Position numbers and translations under genes: made by a program
Source of the DNA: Phoronis australis
Lineage: Eukaryota > Animalia > Phoronida
Reading direction: 5' to 3'
NCBI GenBank assembly: GCA_002633005.1
Contig: NMRA01000934.1
Span: 62,267-94,825 of the forward strand
Length of the DNA: 32,559 bases
The notes under the pieces: generated by a model
The model's input: the letters and a program-made list of their open reading frames with translations, nothing else
The model's database searches: none
What the model was told of the DNA's origin: nothing
In this document: positions 1 to 11,457 of the stretch, one piece after another
How the letters are laid out: each line of letters starts with the position of its first letter
Numbering within the stretch: position 1 is the first letter of the stretch

Positions 1-125
1 TTTGGTTTGTCACCTTTTCTTTACTCTGTCAAAAACAGGATGCAAAGAATGACATGTTTACAGTTATTTCACATAAAAAGCCCTACAGATGAGCGTAGAA
101 ACTTTATTCTCTCTTGTACTTTTAA

Positions 126-1485
126 CCCTTTCGCTCCCACTGAAAACCAAGTTAGACTAAGAAAAATAAGGGTAAAGAAATGCAAAATTGGCACTTCTCA
201 TCCCAAAAACACCACTTCCTTGCCGATGCACAACTAAAGCCAACATTAGATTCTGGAAGCAAATTTCCTACCGAATCCCAAAAATGCGGTCCAAAAGTAT
301 GCACTGTTAACTAACTAGTTTTTTTTCTTGGCAATTCTGGCTTGTTTGAGAGCTACCTGAAATCGCAGCCTTCTCATTCACTACACAGCAATGCACCAAT
401 GCAACCCTGCGTGCTTAGCCCGAGCCAGCACGCAGGCCCACGCAGTGGCACATGCTTTAGCATTGCTCGATGTAACCTCGGCGGTCATTGCTTAGCTTTA
501 CAACACCGTGAAAAAAATGGGGGACTGTGAACGATTTTTGGCCTTAATTGTCATGCAAGTGGCGTCTCGGCAAGTATTTCGTTTCTGCAGTGATCTTTGA
601 TAGCTGCGTGCACATACATGTGCAATAAACACATATCTGGCCGATTTAACAGCTGTGTTATTGATACTGTATACAGGACACTATCATGTGATTGCGACTT
701 TTTGGAATGCATCTTTCTACTGTCGACGACTTTTGTTTACAATAGTGTCCTGTATTCATAAAGTATGAATAACACACTGGTTAAATCGGTCAGATATGTG
801 TTTATTGTACATGTATGTGCTTCAAGCACGCGGCTATTAAACGTCACCGCAGAAATGAAATAGTTGCTGCGACGCCACTTGCATGACAAAGCTAAAAATC
901 GTTCACAGTCCGCCATTTGTTCACGGTGTTATAAAGCAGTTACTGCCGAGGTTACATCGACCAATGCTAAAGCGCGTGCCACTGCGTGATACCTGCGGCT
1001 ACGTGCTGGCTGGGCTAACCAGGCAAGAAACCAGCGAGTAAGTGATACCTGCGTGCTGGCGCGGCTGCCGCCCCACCTAGCGGCATCCAGGGAACCACGA
1101 GATGCAACGGGAGCGGGACAATGTTAACGAGCCAATCCAGGTATGCAGCAATGACATCTGTTGTCGAAAATCATGATTCTCTTCTATAAAGAAGATACAT
1201 CACACACATTCAAATACTAGGTTCTACCTGACTAAGCTGGTTGACATTTTGCAAAAGTGTCAACTAGCTGATCCAGGTATCACCACCACACACACATTTT
1301 TAAAAAAGCGCCCTTCGCGAAGTTTATCCGTCAAAAAGAGCATTGGTTTCTCTTAGATCATAAAATATAACAAATCAGGCACACGTACCATGTCGAAATT
1401 TATCCAATGCCGCTGTCACAGTGCTTGAAAATCGAGAAATTCTCTGCTAAAAACCATAACACTTCGAAAGGAAGTAAAGAAAGGG
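126..1485. mobile_element. Possible piggyBac-like non-autonomous element containing the foldback
   Basis: Left end TTAA|CCCTTTCGCTCCC (122-138). The right end, GGAAGT(AAA)GAAAGGG (1470-1485), is only a degenerate match and lacks TTAA. Confidence 0.3.
415..1018. repeat. ~600 bp imperfect palindrome (foldback/MITE-like)
   Basis: Arms at ~415-690 and ~740-1018 are reverse complements, e.g. ctttagcattgctcgatgtaacctcggc vs gccgaggttacatcgaccaatgctaaag, and caataaacacatatctggccgatttaac vs gttaaatcggtcagatatgtgtttattg. Confidence 0.9.
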
Positions 1486-1501
1486 AATCCCTCTTCACAG
1501 A

Positions 1502-1580
1502 ACGCATGCGCGTGACCTACGTCACTTCCACCTGGATTGGCTCGTTTGTCCCGCTCCGGAAAGAGGGAAATTTTAAATTT
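1502..1580 (+). promoter_or_regulatory. Putative CENPN proximal promoter: NRF1-like, GTGAC-N4-GTCAC, inverted CCAAT, E2F/CDE-like and CHR-like motifs
   Basis: CGCATGCGCG (1503-1512), GTGACCTACGTCAC (1512-1525), GATTGGCT = inverted AGCCAATC (1535-1542), GTCCCGCT (1548-1555) and GAGGGAAA-T-TTTAAA (1563-1577), all ~190-260 nt upstream of the ATG. Confidence 0.5.
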
Positions 1581-1765
1581 TACTCATAAGTTACACACTC
1601 GCAATTGCTTGCTTAATCTCAAGATCACTTCACTTGCGTGAGCTCGGAATAGAAATTTATTTCAAGTTCTCTCATTATTCCAAGCTTACGTAACAAACTT
1701 AATCGGGAGATCTAACCGGGGGATGTTTTAGGAAGAACTTGTCATTAAATGAACTCAGAAGTACC

Positions 1766-1927
1766 ATGGTGTCGGAGATGCTACAAAGAATATTACGAAG
1801 ATTCAAAAAGGATGATTTTGAACCGATCTTGAAGAAATGGGAGGACACTGGACAAGAAATTCTGAGGAAAATTGATCTGGCACAAACAAAACAGTCTACG
1901 ATATTAAGTATAATCAAATTGTGCGAG
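1766..1927 (+). CDS. CENPN: CENP-N exon 1 (MVSEMLQRILRR...IIKLCE)
   Basis: Strong Kozak context accATGg at 1766 and donor GAG|gtaatc at 1927/1928. Resembles the N-terminal PYD-like region of CENP-N. Confidence 0.88.
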
Positions 1928-4900
1928 GTAATCTAACAATTCTATGACCAATTTGGTTTTCAGCTAGTGAACTATTTTTCTCGAAGAAGAAGCTTGCATA
2001 GCCATTTTTGCAGTGCGTGCATGGTTGGATAGACCTCTTTGTAGACAGTGACCATCGTCTCTAGCTGGCTCAGTAGAGACGGTGTAGCTCAGGCGCTTCG
2101 ATACGCCGGAAGCTTTTCGGCAAATTATGCCTCACAGCCAGCGACTAAAACATCAGTCATGTTGTTACAAATATTTTATCTAGGCTTGCATTAGGCTTTT
2201 AAAGGCATTAGATAAAATGGCTAAAGCATCTGAAAACTTTTGGCCATTTTTAAAAATTATTAGCCAAATACTTTCTCTTTTCCCAACCCCTGCAATAAAA
2301 TGAATAAAATAACCAGAAACACAGATAATGTGTTTGAGGTACTGCTCATCTCTGTTTGGTTTTATGCCATGGGTAATTTAATACCATCGGACTGCCTCAC
2401 ACCACATCGCGAGTGTAAAAAGTTAGGCCTACTAGTATTGAGAGAGATGGTCACGTTTGTCGCCAAAGTATATAGTCTTCTATTCCACGTTTTGGCATTG
2501 TAACTTGCAGACAACAAGCGGCAGCACCTACACGAGATTTTGCTGTGAAGCGAGACTTCGCCACTACCAAGACTGCTGACATCCCTACACAGCTGAACAT
2601 TTCGTTGCGGATATGAAATGGAACATTCGCGGGCAATTTTTAGGACTTGGAATTGAAGTAAAAATGTCGTTTGCGGCGCAGCTTGGTTCGAGCTGATTGT
2701 GATTCGACACACTAGTAGCTAGGTTTCCAGAAATTAAGTTTTATTGTCAAGTTGCGAAATCATTCGCCAATCTGGCGAACGCTCTTAGCTCAGTCTGCCA
2801 TCTCCAGTGCCCCTCAGAATTCGCCAATGGCAAGTTGGCGAGAGGTTAGCACGAGCCTAGTTTATCCGCATTGAGGGACACCTTTGGAGCCTGTCGACGT
2901 CTTTAATTCCTTCCAACTCAAACAAATATTCCCGTTATCAAACTTTTTCTTGGAGCAGTCCCTTGTTCAATTCTCAAAATCGGTAACTGGCCATTTTCAC
3001 ACTGCGCACACCAGGGGATATGACGTCATACCTCGTGCCGCACAGAGTGTTAAATTAATATGATTATTCATATGCCAAGCAATATCAGCTGATCTTTTTG
3101 TCTCTTTTGTTATTTAGTTTTCCATTTTAATTCAAATGAACACCTGGTTTGATTTCAAAACCATCCGAACAAACGAGTGTTTTTTTTCTGAAAAATCGCT
3201 GATGGCATTTTTTTGTTAACAAGTTACATTTTTAATGCTAGACATAACAGAACACCTTACGCAAGTAGAAGAATAATGATGTATTAACGACAAAAATATA
3301 TTTTGTCGCTCCACAGCAATTGATCTATCGCAAGCTACACCTTGCAAAAAGTCGACAAACAAATGATGGTTTTACCCGGCAACGTGTTGTTTGTTGGGTA
3401 AAATGGCGGCTTGGAAACAAGGCTGTGTTAAGAATGATGGGTTCTGATTTGTCAGTTAAGTAGTCACTCATGATCCTGGTGATAGGTCAATTGGCATGAA
3501 CAATGATAATTTTTTATTCAACATAACATTTTCATCGTCACAAACACAAAAGTTAAAATTCATTCTAAAAATCCAAATTTTTGGTCAAAACACAGGATTC
3601 ACTTTACAGTCTGACTTTATCAGCAGATTTTCCTTTAAAGTCACTAAACACTAAATCTAAAATGCGGTCATAAGTTAAGCCTACAATTTCCAAATGCAAA
3701 TCAAGGGTAAGTGCTTTAGGATATCTCCAACCTTATTCACAAAAATTGGCTATTTTTACTATTATGTCATTTTTTGGCCATAGTAAGTTTAAAAAGGAAT
3801 GATCGCCGCTCAAATAAAAAAGTTCATGTCCATTCAACGTTTCGTCTATTCATAAGACATCCTCAGGATAAGATATACAAAAAGACAGCAAGTGTCGAAT
3901 ACCATTCAAGTCACATCCATGTAGTGAAATGAGAGTAACAAGACATACAGGGAACAGTAGGTAGGTCGTGGCTGAATATATTATATCAATGCAAAAAACG
4001 ACAGTATATCGATAGATTTTTAAACTGTTATGGGTGGTACAACTGGAAAAGCGAGTGAAGTGTTCAATCTTATCATTCCTTTGGCCAAAAAGCATATATA
4101 CTGTAGAAAGCTGAAAGTAGAACCTCTATCTGTAACACTTCAAAAAAGAATTAGAAATTTATTTCACATTCAAAAAACATGTAAAAATGCATTAGGAGGC
4201 TTATTTTTCCAAAGTTGGTCTGTTTTTTTTTACTTTTTAAAAAGAAATGAAGATGAGAAAAGTACATTTGTTTTTAGTGTGTGAATTTTCTCTGTAATGT
4301 GTACTTTTGCGTGTTATGTATCATTGGGGATCTCTGTCTTTGTACTATGTTGTTTTTATTGCAATAAATGTTAAAAAAGCTGTTTCTGCCTCGGCAGTAG
4401 GCTAAATTAGGTTTACATATCTATTATGCCTTTCTCTGTCCTGAGTTAGGCAGTTACACAGTTCTGTATGATGGTGATCGAATACAACATACCAGTAAGC
4501 AACGATCGAAAACTTTCAAAGTGAAGCATGATCATTAGGTGATAAAGGAAAGTTCATTAAAATGAAATCGAAACAAGCACCCAACACTAGATTTGATACA
4601 ACCTCTTGAATAAGTCAGATTTCACCTTACTCCATAAAATCTGGTAGGATTCAGGGATGTGTTCCAAGAAACTGACTTAAGTTCATTTTTGACTTAAGTT
4701 TAAGATTGGTCTTAAATTCCAAACTTTGAAACTCCCACATTCTGTAAGTTACACAAAATTAAGACAAAATTTGTGTCAAACACTTTTAAGTGTCAAACAT
4801 AAGATCTCTTTCTTGAATTGGTTTTGAGACAACTTTTATTTTAAAATTTAAGATTTGTCTCAGCTAAGTCAGTTTTGTTGGAACGGGCCCCAGAGTTATA

Positions 4901-7900
4901 ACTTTGCTGTAACTCTTATGTGCACTTTACAGGAATGCTCAACAGTGGACTAGTTTTATTCAGATTTTCAATCAACTTCACATAAAAATCCACAGTAAGG
5001 TTGTTACACTTGGTCTTCAAATACTGTTAATCTGACTTTGTCTTCTCAAAAAAGAATTAGTTGATCCAGTGTGATATGACTTGTGCTAAGTTTATTGTAT
5101 GTATATTATCAATTGGAGAGTGTTTTCAGTGAATCTTGTGGTTTACTGTAGTAGTAGTTGTGGGTAGTGGTGGTGGCAGTAGTTAGATATTGGTTTTGTT
5201 CAGAACTATCTTTCTTGTTTTTGTAGAAAAGGAAAATTTCAACTCGTGATGTGGGAGTTCTGGATTTGATATGTAAGTAACATGATACAATAATACTGAA
5301 AGTGGCTATAAATCCACGTTTTGTCCACGAAGCGAACTTTTGATTTAGATGATTACTGCTATAAAAAACTTTTATTCAGATGAGCAGTGATTTCGAATTG
5401 TAGAGAACTGGTAGCTCATTATTCCTAAGCAGTGTTCTCCACAACACCAAACCCAAACTCCAAACAAATTTCTAGATGAGATCAATGTCAGCATTCAGCA
5501 TCCTTTTTCCTCTTGCCTTAGTACAATCGCTTGGAGGTATTTGCCGTACTCGTCTTGGTTACCGCCCAGGGCGCTTAAATTGGGAATCTAAAAAAACGGG
5601 GTGGGCGGTAAGCCGAGCATAAGCGGTTAAAATCAAAATTTTTGAAAAGTCTTGAGTGGGTACTTACTGCATGTAGGACCAATTTTACCCGAACGGAGCT
5701 ACACTGTCGTCAGACTTCAAGCATGTCAGTTGAAATATAGTTGCGTCGACGGATTGAAGTGACAGACTTCGGCGGATGCACACGACACAGTGTCGCCGTG
5801 ATCCCGAGTGTGATTGGATCTTTACATACCTCGGTCGCTGCTCATGTCTTGGAACCAGGGTATACTTACAGATAGACGTGCCCTCAGTAGGGCGAGTTTC
5901 TTACGAGAAAAGCAAGATCACGTAAGACTACGCTAGGTCGTTATGTATTGCTACAGGAAGCAGGTGATTTTGTAGATATGCTGCCGCTAGTTTCTTTTCA
6001 ACAGCCGGTCTTCTAAATATTTTGAACCTAGTTTGAACAATGTAACACATTTTATATACGTAGCATATTTCTTTCTGTGTTGAACAGCCAACACCACCTA
6101 CCAGAATTTGCTCAAATCAGGTGCTCAACAATCCCACGATACTACTATTAGGCAATGTGGGTGGTCTGTCGGCTGGGAAAATAATGAAGCAAAAACATGT
6201 CATGTAAAAAAGCAAAAACACATCATGTAAACAGTAAACAGGCAAATCAAGAGTTCAAAAAATAAGTTTCTGACCACGTATATGTGGCTCGCAATTGAAA
6301 ATAAAAATTATATGACCATCAATTCTGCTTTCTTGATTTTAATGATTACGTCTATTTCATGTGTTATATTTTTCAAATATCAATCTCGACCAAGTTGAAT
6401 TTTAAAATTAAAACACCTAATTCTTCGTCCAAAGCATAACCTCGTTTTAGAGCTCAATTTCAGTTAACTGGACAGAACACAGTGGCAGATTTAGAGGGGA
6501 GCCAAGGGGGCCATGCCCCCCCCCCCCATAAAATTCTTCCAGATTCCATTTGGCAGTTCAAGAGCTTGAATGTCTTCTGACGGGCAAAATACTGGCTAAT
6601 ACTCTGCCTTTCCCCCCCCCCCTAACTCAAAGTCCTGGATCTCCCCTGGAACAAGCATAGTTCAGTATCATGTTTCTTCAGAGGCCTCGTTCATATCCGA
6701 GAGAAAAGGTGCCTGTGCGGCCTTCTGAGAGGGGAAGGTTTCGCTGAGCGACGGGTCAGGGAAAAATCTACTGACCTCCCGATCACCATCAATAGCACCC
6801 CGCCCTGTTGCAAGCTCTCATCACTCTGTCTCAAGTAGCATTTTCAGTGGCTGAACTAGGATACCATGAGGGGAGGGCCCGACATCTTCGGAGAAGCGGG
6901 CAAAGCACAATTGTACGCACGCAGTCGGCCCGGAAGTTGCAGGCGCCAAGGATGTATACATTCTGCTCAGGAAATCTGTCGTTGGACTAAAAAAGGGGAA
7001 TGTGTTTCCCCCCTACCGGTCCTAGCTCAAACTCAGTATTTCCTCCCGCTTCACGCTTTGCTGATTTATTTTGCTTTCGGCAGTCAAGGGGGGGCCGAGC
7101 CCCTGGCCCCCCCCCTAAATCTGCTTATGATTTTGTACTTTTTCAAATTGTCACCTCTGTGGACACAGGTGATATGAACCGTTGGAGAGAAAATTTCAAT
7201 CACTAAGGGAATTTTTAGGCCTCGTGGGGCCAGGAATTTCGCGTGATTTTACAATATCTTTGAGAGGGGAATAGGGCCGATATTTGGCCCCAAAATTGAG
7301 GGATTGAGGGCCATGTCTTTTTTATAAAGAAAAATGCATCGCGCTTCAACCCATAGACATGAAAACACAGCCTGGCTGACCGAAGATTCTCCGGTCCTCG
7401 TTGCTATGGCGGCATCCGAGATGCGACAATTTATGATTCGAAAAAAGTTATAAATTTTACACAGACATATTTTCCTTCGTCGCGGCGTATGGCAAGGACC
7501 CAACGCTTCCGAATCCCAACGTCCTTAGGGATTGTAAAACACACAGTTGAGTGTCCGTATTTTTTCTAGCTGTTCGAGCAACGCAGAGCACAACTACGCG
7601 GATAAGCCACCAGGGCTATCGTAGCAAGCCTCGTTTTGGAACACGCCTCCTGTCGGCGTGAATAGGGTCTATACTCCCAAACTCGATGCAGTAAAATCCA
7701 AACCTGTCACAGTGCGGAGTTGAAACAGGTCATGGAGAACATTGCTGATACCATAAACATGCTGTGAAAAGCCAAATCGTGGAACCTGGTCTCGAACAAT
7801 AACAAACTGCCTGTTCTTTGGAAACCTGAAAACATCTCAAATTCAAATCTCCCTCCAATAGGAGTGTGTCGCGGGACACTCGAGTAAGTGGGACAGTTCT

Positions 7901-10900
7901 TCCTCTGTACGTGAGACGATAATGAGTGCACCCCAGTACGCAGCAACAGCGTGGCATGTTGACTGACTCGTAAGCAAAAGCAAACGACGACCGAACTTAT
8001 GACAACCGAGATAGAACAATGACTGACTCGACTGCTCTCACAGTCAGACTATATGAAAAGAAATTGGCGCGAAATTGTTGCCTCCCAAAACGTCACTTCC
8101 GGAGCAGACCACGAGTAATTAATTAAATTACGAAAAGCAGTAAATAAGTGAAAAATATGTCTGGGATAGTCAACGAACCTTATTTTAGCTAAAAATGACA
8201 TGAAAAAAGGTTGCCTTCGCCTTTAAGATGTCTTGTTGGAGCCCAATTACAGTTTTGTTGGGCAATGCTCATCACCACTCTCAGTCTACTTGTGATGTTG
8301 GTGAAAGTTTAAAGCAGAGACATTTACAGAATTATTTTTTAATACTTTGTGGCCATCATGATGTCAAATTACCATTTTTGTGAGGTGAGACATTCACACG
8401 TTTTCAACAAAAACCATTGTGTTAAAATATCTGAGCATAAAAGAAATTTCATCTTTGTCAACCTGTGTTGTCCAATAAAATGCGTAATTATATCAAGTGG
8501 AAGTTGCTTTTCTGCTTCCACTGTACTAAGGAGTTCCATAATGAATGCTTGTTTTTATTTGGTACATGATTTTTATGCGCCCACATATTTATATGCCGTC
8601 ATCTCCCTCCGTCCGGGCGGCATCCGTCTGGCGTCCGCTGCTCTATCTCCAAAACCCTTTGACATATGTTTCATTCATAAAGGGTACGGCGTGAGTGAAC
8701 TTTCGAACGGATCTGACTACTGGTGTGCCCCCTAGTGGCAATTTTACTTTTTTACGCTTACCTTTGTATCTTCAAAAGTCCTGAATGGATTTTCATGAAA
8801 TTTGGTATGTAGGAACCTATTAGTGAGATGACGCTATCCTTTCGTTTTCGGATGGATTTGATATAGTTTACGCCACCTAGTGGCCATTTTTACTGTTTTC
8901 GAGTCTGTTTTTTGCGTCCACCCCTCTATCAACTAAACCGCTTAAAGGATGATTGTGAAAATTGGCATGTATGTGCTTACTATAACGAAGACGGTTGTCG
9001 ATGATTTTCCGAAAATTTTGACTACTGTGGCATCTCCTAGTGGCAGTTTTTTTTGTTTTCCTTAGTATCTTCAAAAGTCCTTAACGGATTTTCATGAAAT
9101 TTAATATGTAGGCACCTGTTAGTGAGTGGACACTATGCTTCTGTTTTCGGATGGATTCGATGTAGTTTGCGCCACCTAGTGGCCATTGTTACTGTTTTCG
9201 AGCCGGTTTTTTGCGTCCACCCTCTATCAACCAAACCGCTCAAAGGATGATTGTGAAAATTGGCATTAATGTGCTTACTGTAAAGAAGATGGTTGACGAT
9301 GATTTTCCGTCGATTTCGACTACTGTGCCACCTCCTAGTGGCTGTTTTGTTTTTGTTGCGTCTATGGCTGTATCTCCTAAACCGTTCGCAGGATCTTTAC
9401 TTAATTTAGGAAGTGTATTTATATGATGTTGACTGCAGATGACGATGACTTTCGAACAGATCTGACTACTGCTGTGCCACCTAGTGACAATTTTAGTTTT
9501 TTACGTTTAACTCAGTATCTTCAAAGGCGGATCCAATGGACACTATGCCCACTAGTGGCAATTTCATTTTATTCTGTTTTCCTTTGTTTCTCTGAAGTTC
9601 CTTGACAAATTTTTATGAAATATGGCATGATCCTGTTTTTGGATGGATTGCATGTGTTTGCGCCATCTAGTGGCTATTTTTATGATACAAATAAATAACC
9701 CTAAAAGCACACCATTTGCAATGCATTCGTGGGCGCATTTCAATGTTCCACAATGCTCTTGTTTATTTTTGTGCAATATCTCATTTACGGTTGTGATTGC
9801 TTTCAGTTACACAATTCCACTCGTGTCGCATAAAATGGAGCATGTATGAGTTTAAGAAGCAGCCAGGTGAGTTCACTGTGCAGCGTCAAAGGAGCTCAAA
9901 TCTTAAAAGGAGTAGTTATACTTTAGTAGATAAGTGATTTCTCTCTTAAATTAACATTTGGTCATGAGTGGTAAATCGTCTATAATTTATTGTTTAATCA
10001 CTGGATGAAGCCTTTTTCGTAAATATTCTTTAGTTTTATGTCACGTGCCAAAGATAACTGGACAAAATGATGGTGGGTTCTGTTTGTACTCAGCCATCAT
10101 GATGGTGGATTCTGCTTGTACTCGGCCATCATGATGGTGGGCTCTGCTTGTACTCAGCCATCATGATAGTGGGTTCTGTTTGTACTCAGCCAACATGCTG
10201 ATGTGTTCTAGTTGTACTCAGCCATCATGATGTTGTGTTCTGGTTGTACTCAGCCAACATGATGATGTGTTCTAGTTGTACTCAGCCATCATGATGTTGT
10301 GTTCTGGTTGTACTCAGCCATCATGATGATGTGTTCTAGTTGTACTCAGCCATCATGATGTTGTGTTCTAGTTGTACTCAGCCATCATGATGATGTGTTC
10401 TAGTTGTACTCAGCCATCATGATGTTGTGTTCTAGTTGTACTCAGCCATCATGATGATGTGTTCTAGTTGTACTCAGCCATCATGATGTGTTCTAGTTGT
10501 ACTCAGCCATCATGATGTGTTCTAGTTGTACTCAGCCATCATGATGGTGTGTTCTGGTTGTACTCAGCCATCATGATGATGTGTTCTAGTTGTACTCAGC
10601 CATCATGATGGTGTGTTCTAGTTGTGCTCAGCCATCATGATGTTGTGTTCTAGTTGTGCTCAGCCATCATGATGTTGTGTTCTAGTTGTACTCAGCCACG
10701 ATGATGGTGGGTTCTAGTTGTACTCAGCCATTATGATGATGTGTTCTAGTTGTGCTCAGCCACGATGATGGTGGGTTCTAGTTGTACTCGGCCATCATGA
10801 TGTTGTGTTCTAGTTGTACTCAGCCATTATGATGGTGGGTTCTGTTTGTACTCAACCATCGTCGTGGGTGGGTACTGGTTTCACTCGGCCATTATTATGT

Positions 10901-11413
10901 TGGGCTTTGTTTTTACTCGGCCATCGTGAATGTGAATTTTGGGTCATATTATCTGATAAATTTGGCATGTAATTCCATATATTTTTAGTTTGTAATTAGA
11001 GTCTGCAAGTAGAAAATTCCCGTTAAATGTTTTATTACACAACAGTGGCGCTTTAAAAGCATAGTTATCAATTGAAATACTGAACAGAAAGATGTAGGTA
11101 CATCATGTTGTTTGCAGGTGAAAGTTATGATATAGTGGACTCTGAGGAATTCGAAAACAGACTTCGTAAACAGATGACCCTGTTCTTCAACTTTGTGAGT
11201 ATTCATATGGGCGATAACCAAACAGAATGCATATGTTTAGAGATGAGGTATCTACCAGTATTATGATGCAATTTTGTTGCTCAAATAGAAGTAGAAATGC
11301 TGTAACATCATATTTTCAAAAATTTTGCCCATTCAGGTAACCACAGGGATATTTTAGCTGTTTATAATTTGGGTATTTCGAAACAATGGAATCAAATGCA
11401 GGTAATTGAGATG

Positions 11414-11457
<44 letters not shown>

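Noticed and set aside
1739-1765. N-terminal extension shown in the ORF track
   Set aside because: It starts at TTG. The ATG at 1766 has a strong Kozak context and fits the homology.
2870-3638. Further Kolobok/piggyBac-like element (ends ..GAGTGTTAA at ~3053 and ..CCTTTAA at 3638)
   Set aside because: Only single termini are visible and no matching partner end could be defined.
8349-9849. ORFs here and similar ORFs at 17964-18931, 20461-20975 and 21785-23432 as a paralogous gene family
   Set aside because: They are chance readings of the HINE tandem repeats, and frames are not conserved between copies.
10067-10926. CRISPR-like periodic repeats
   Set aside because: Units are contiguous with no unique spacers, there are no cas genes, and the context is a eukaryotic intron. 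It is a minisatellite.
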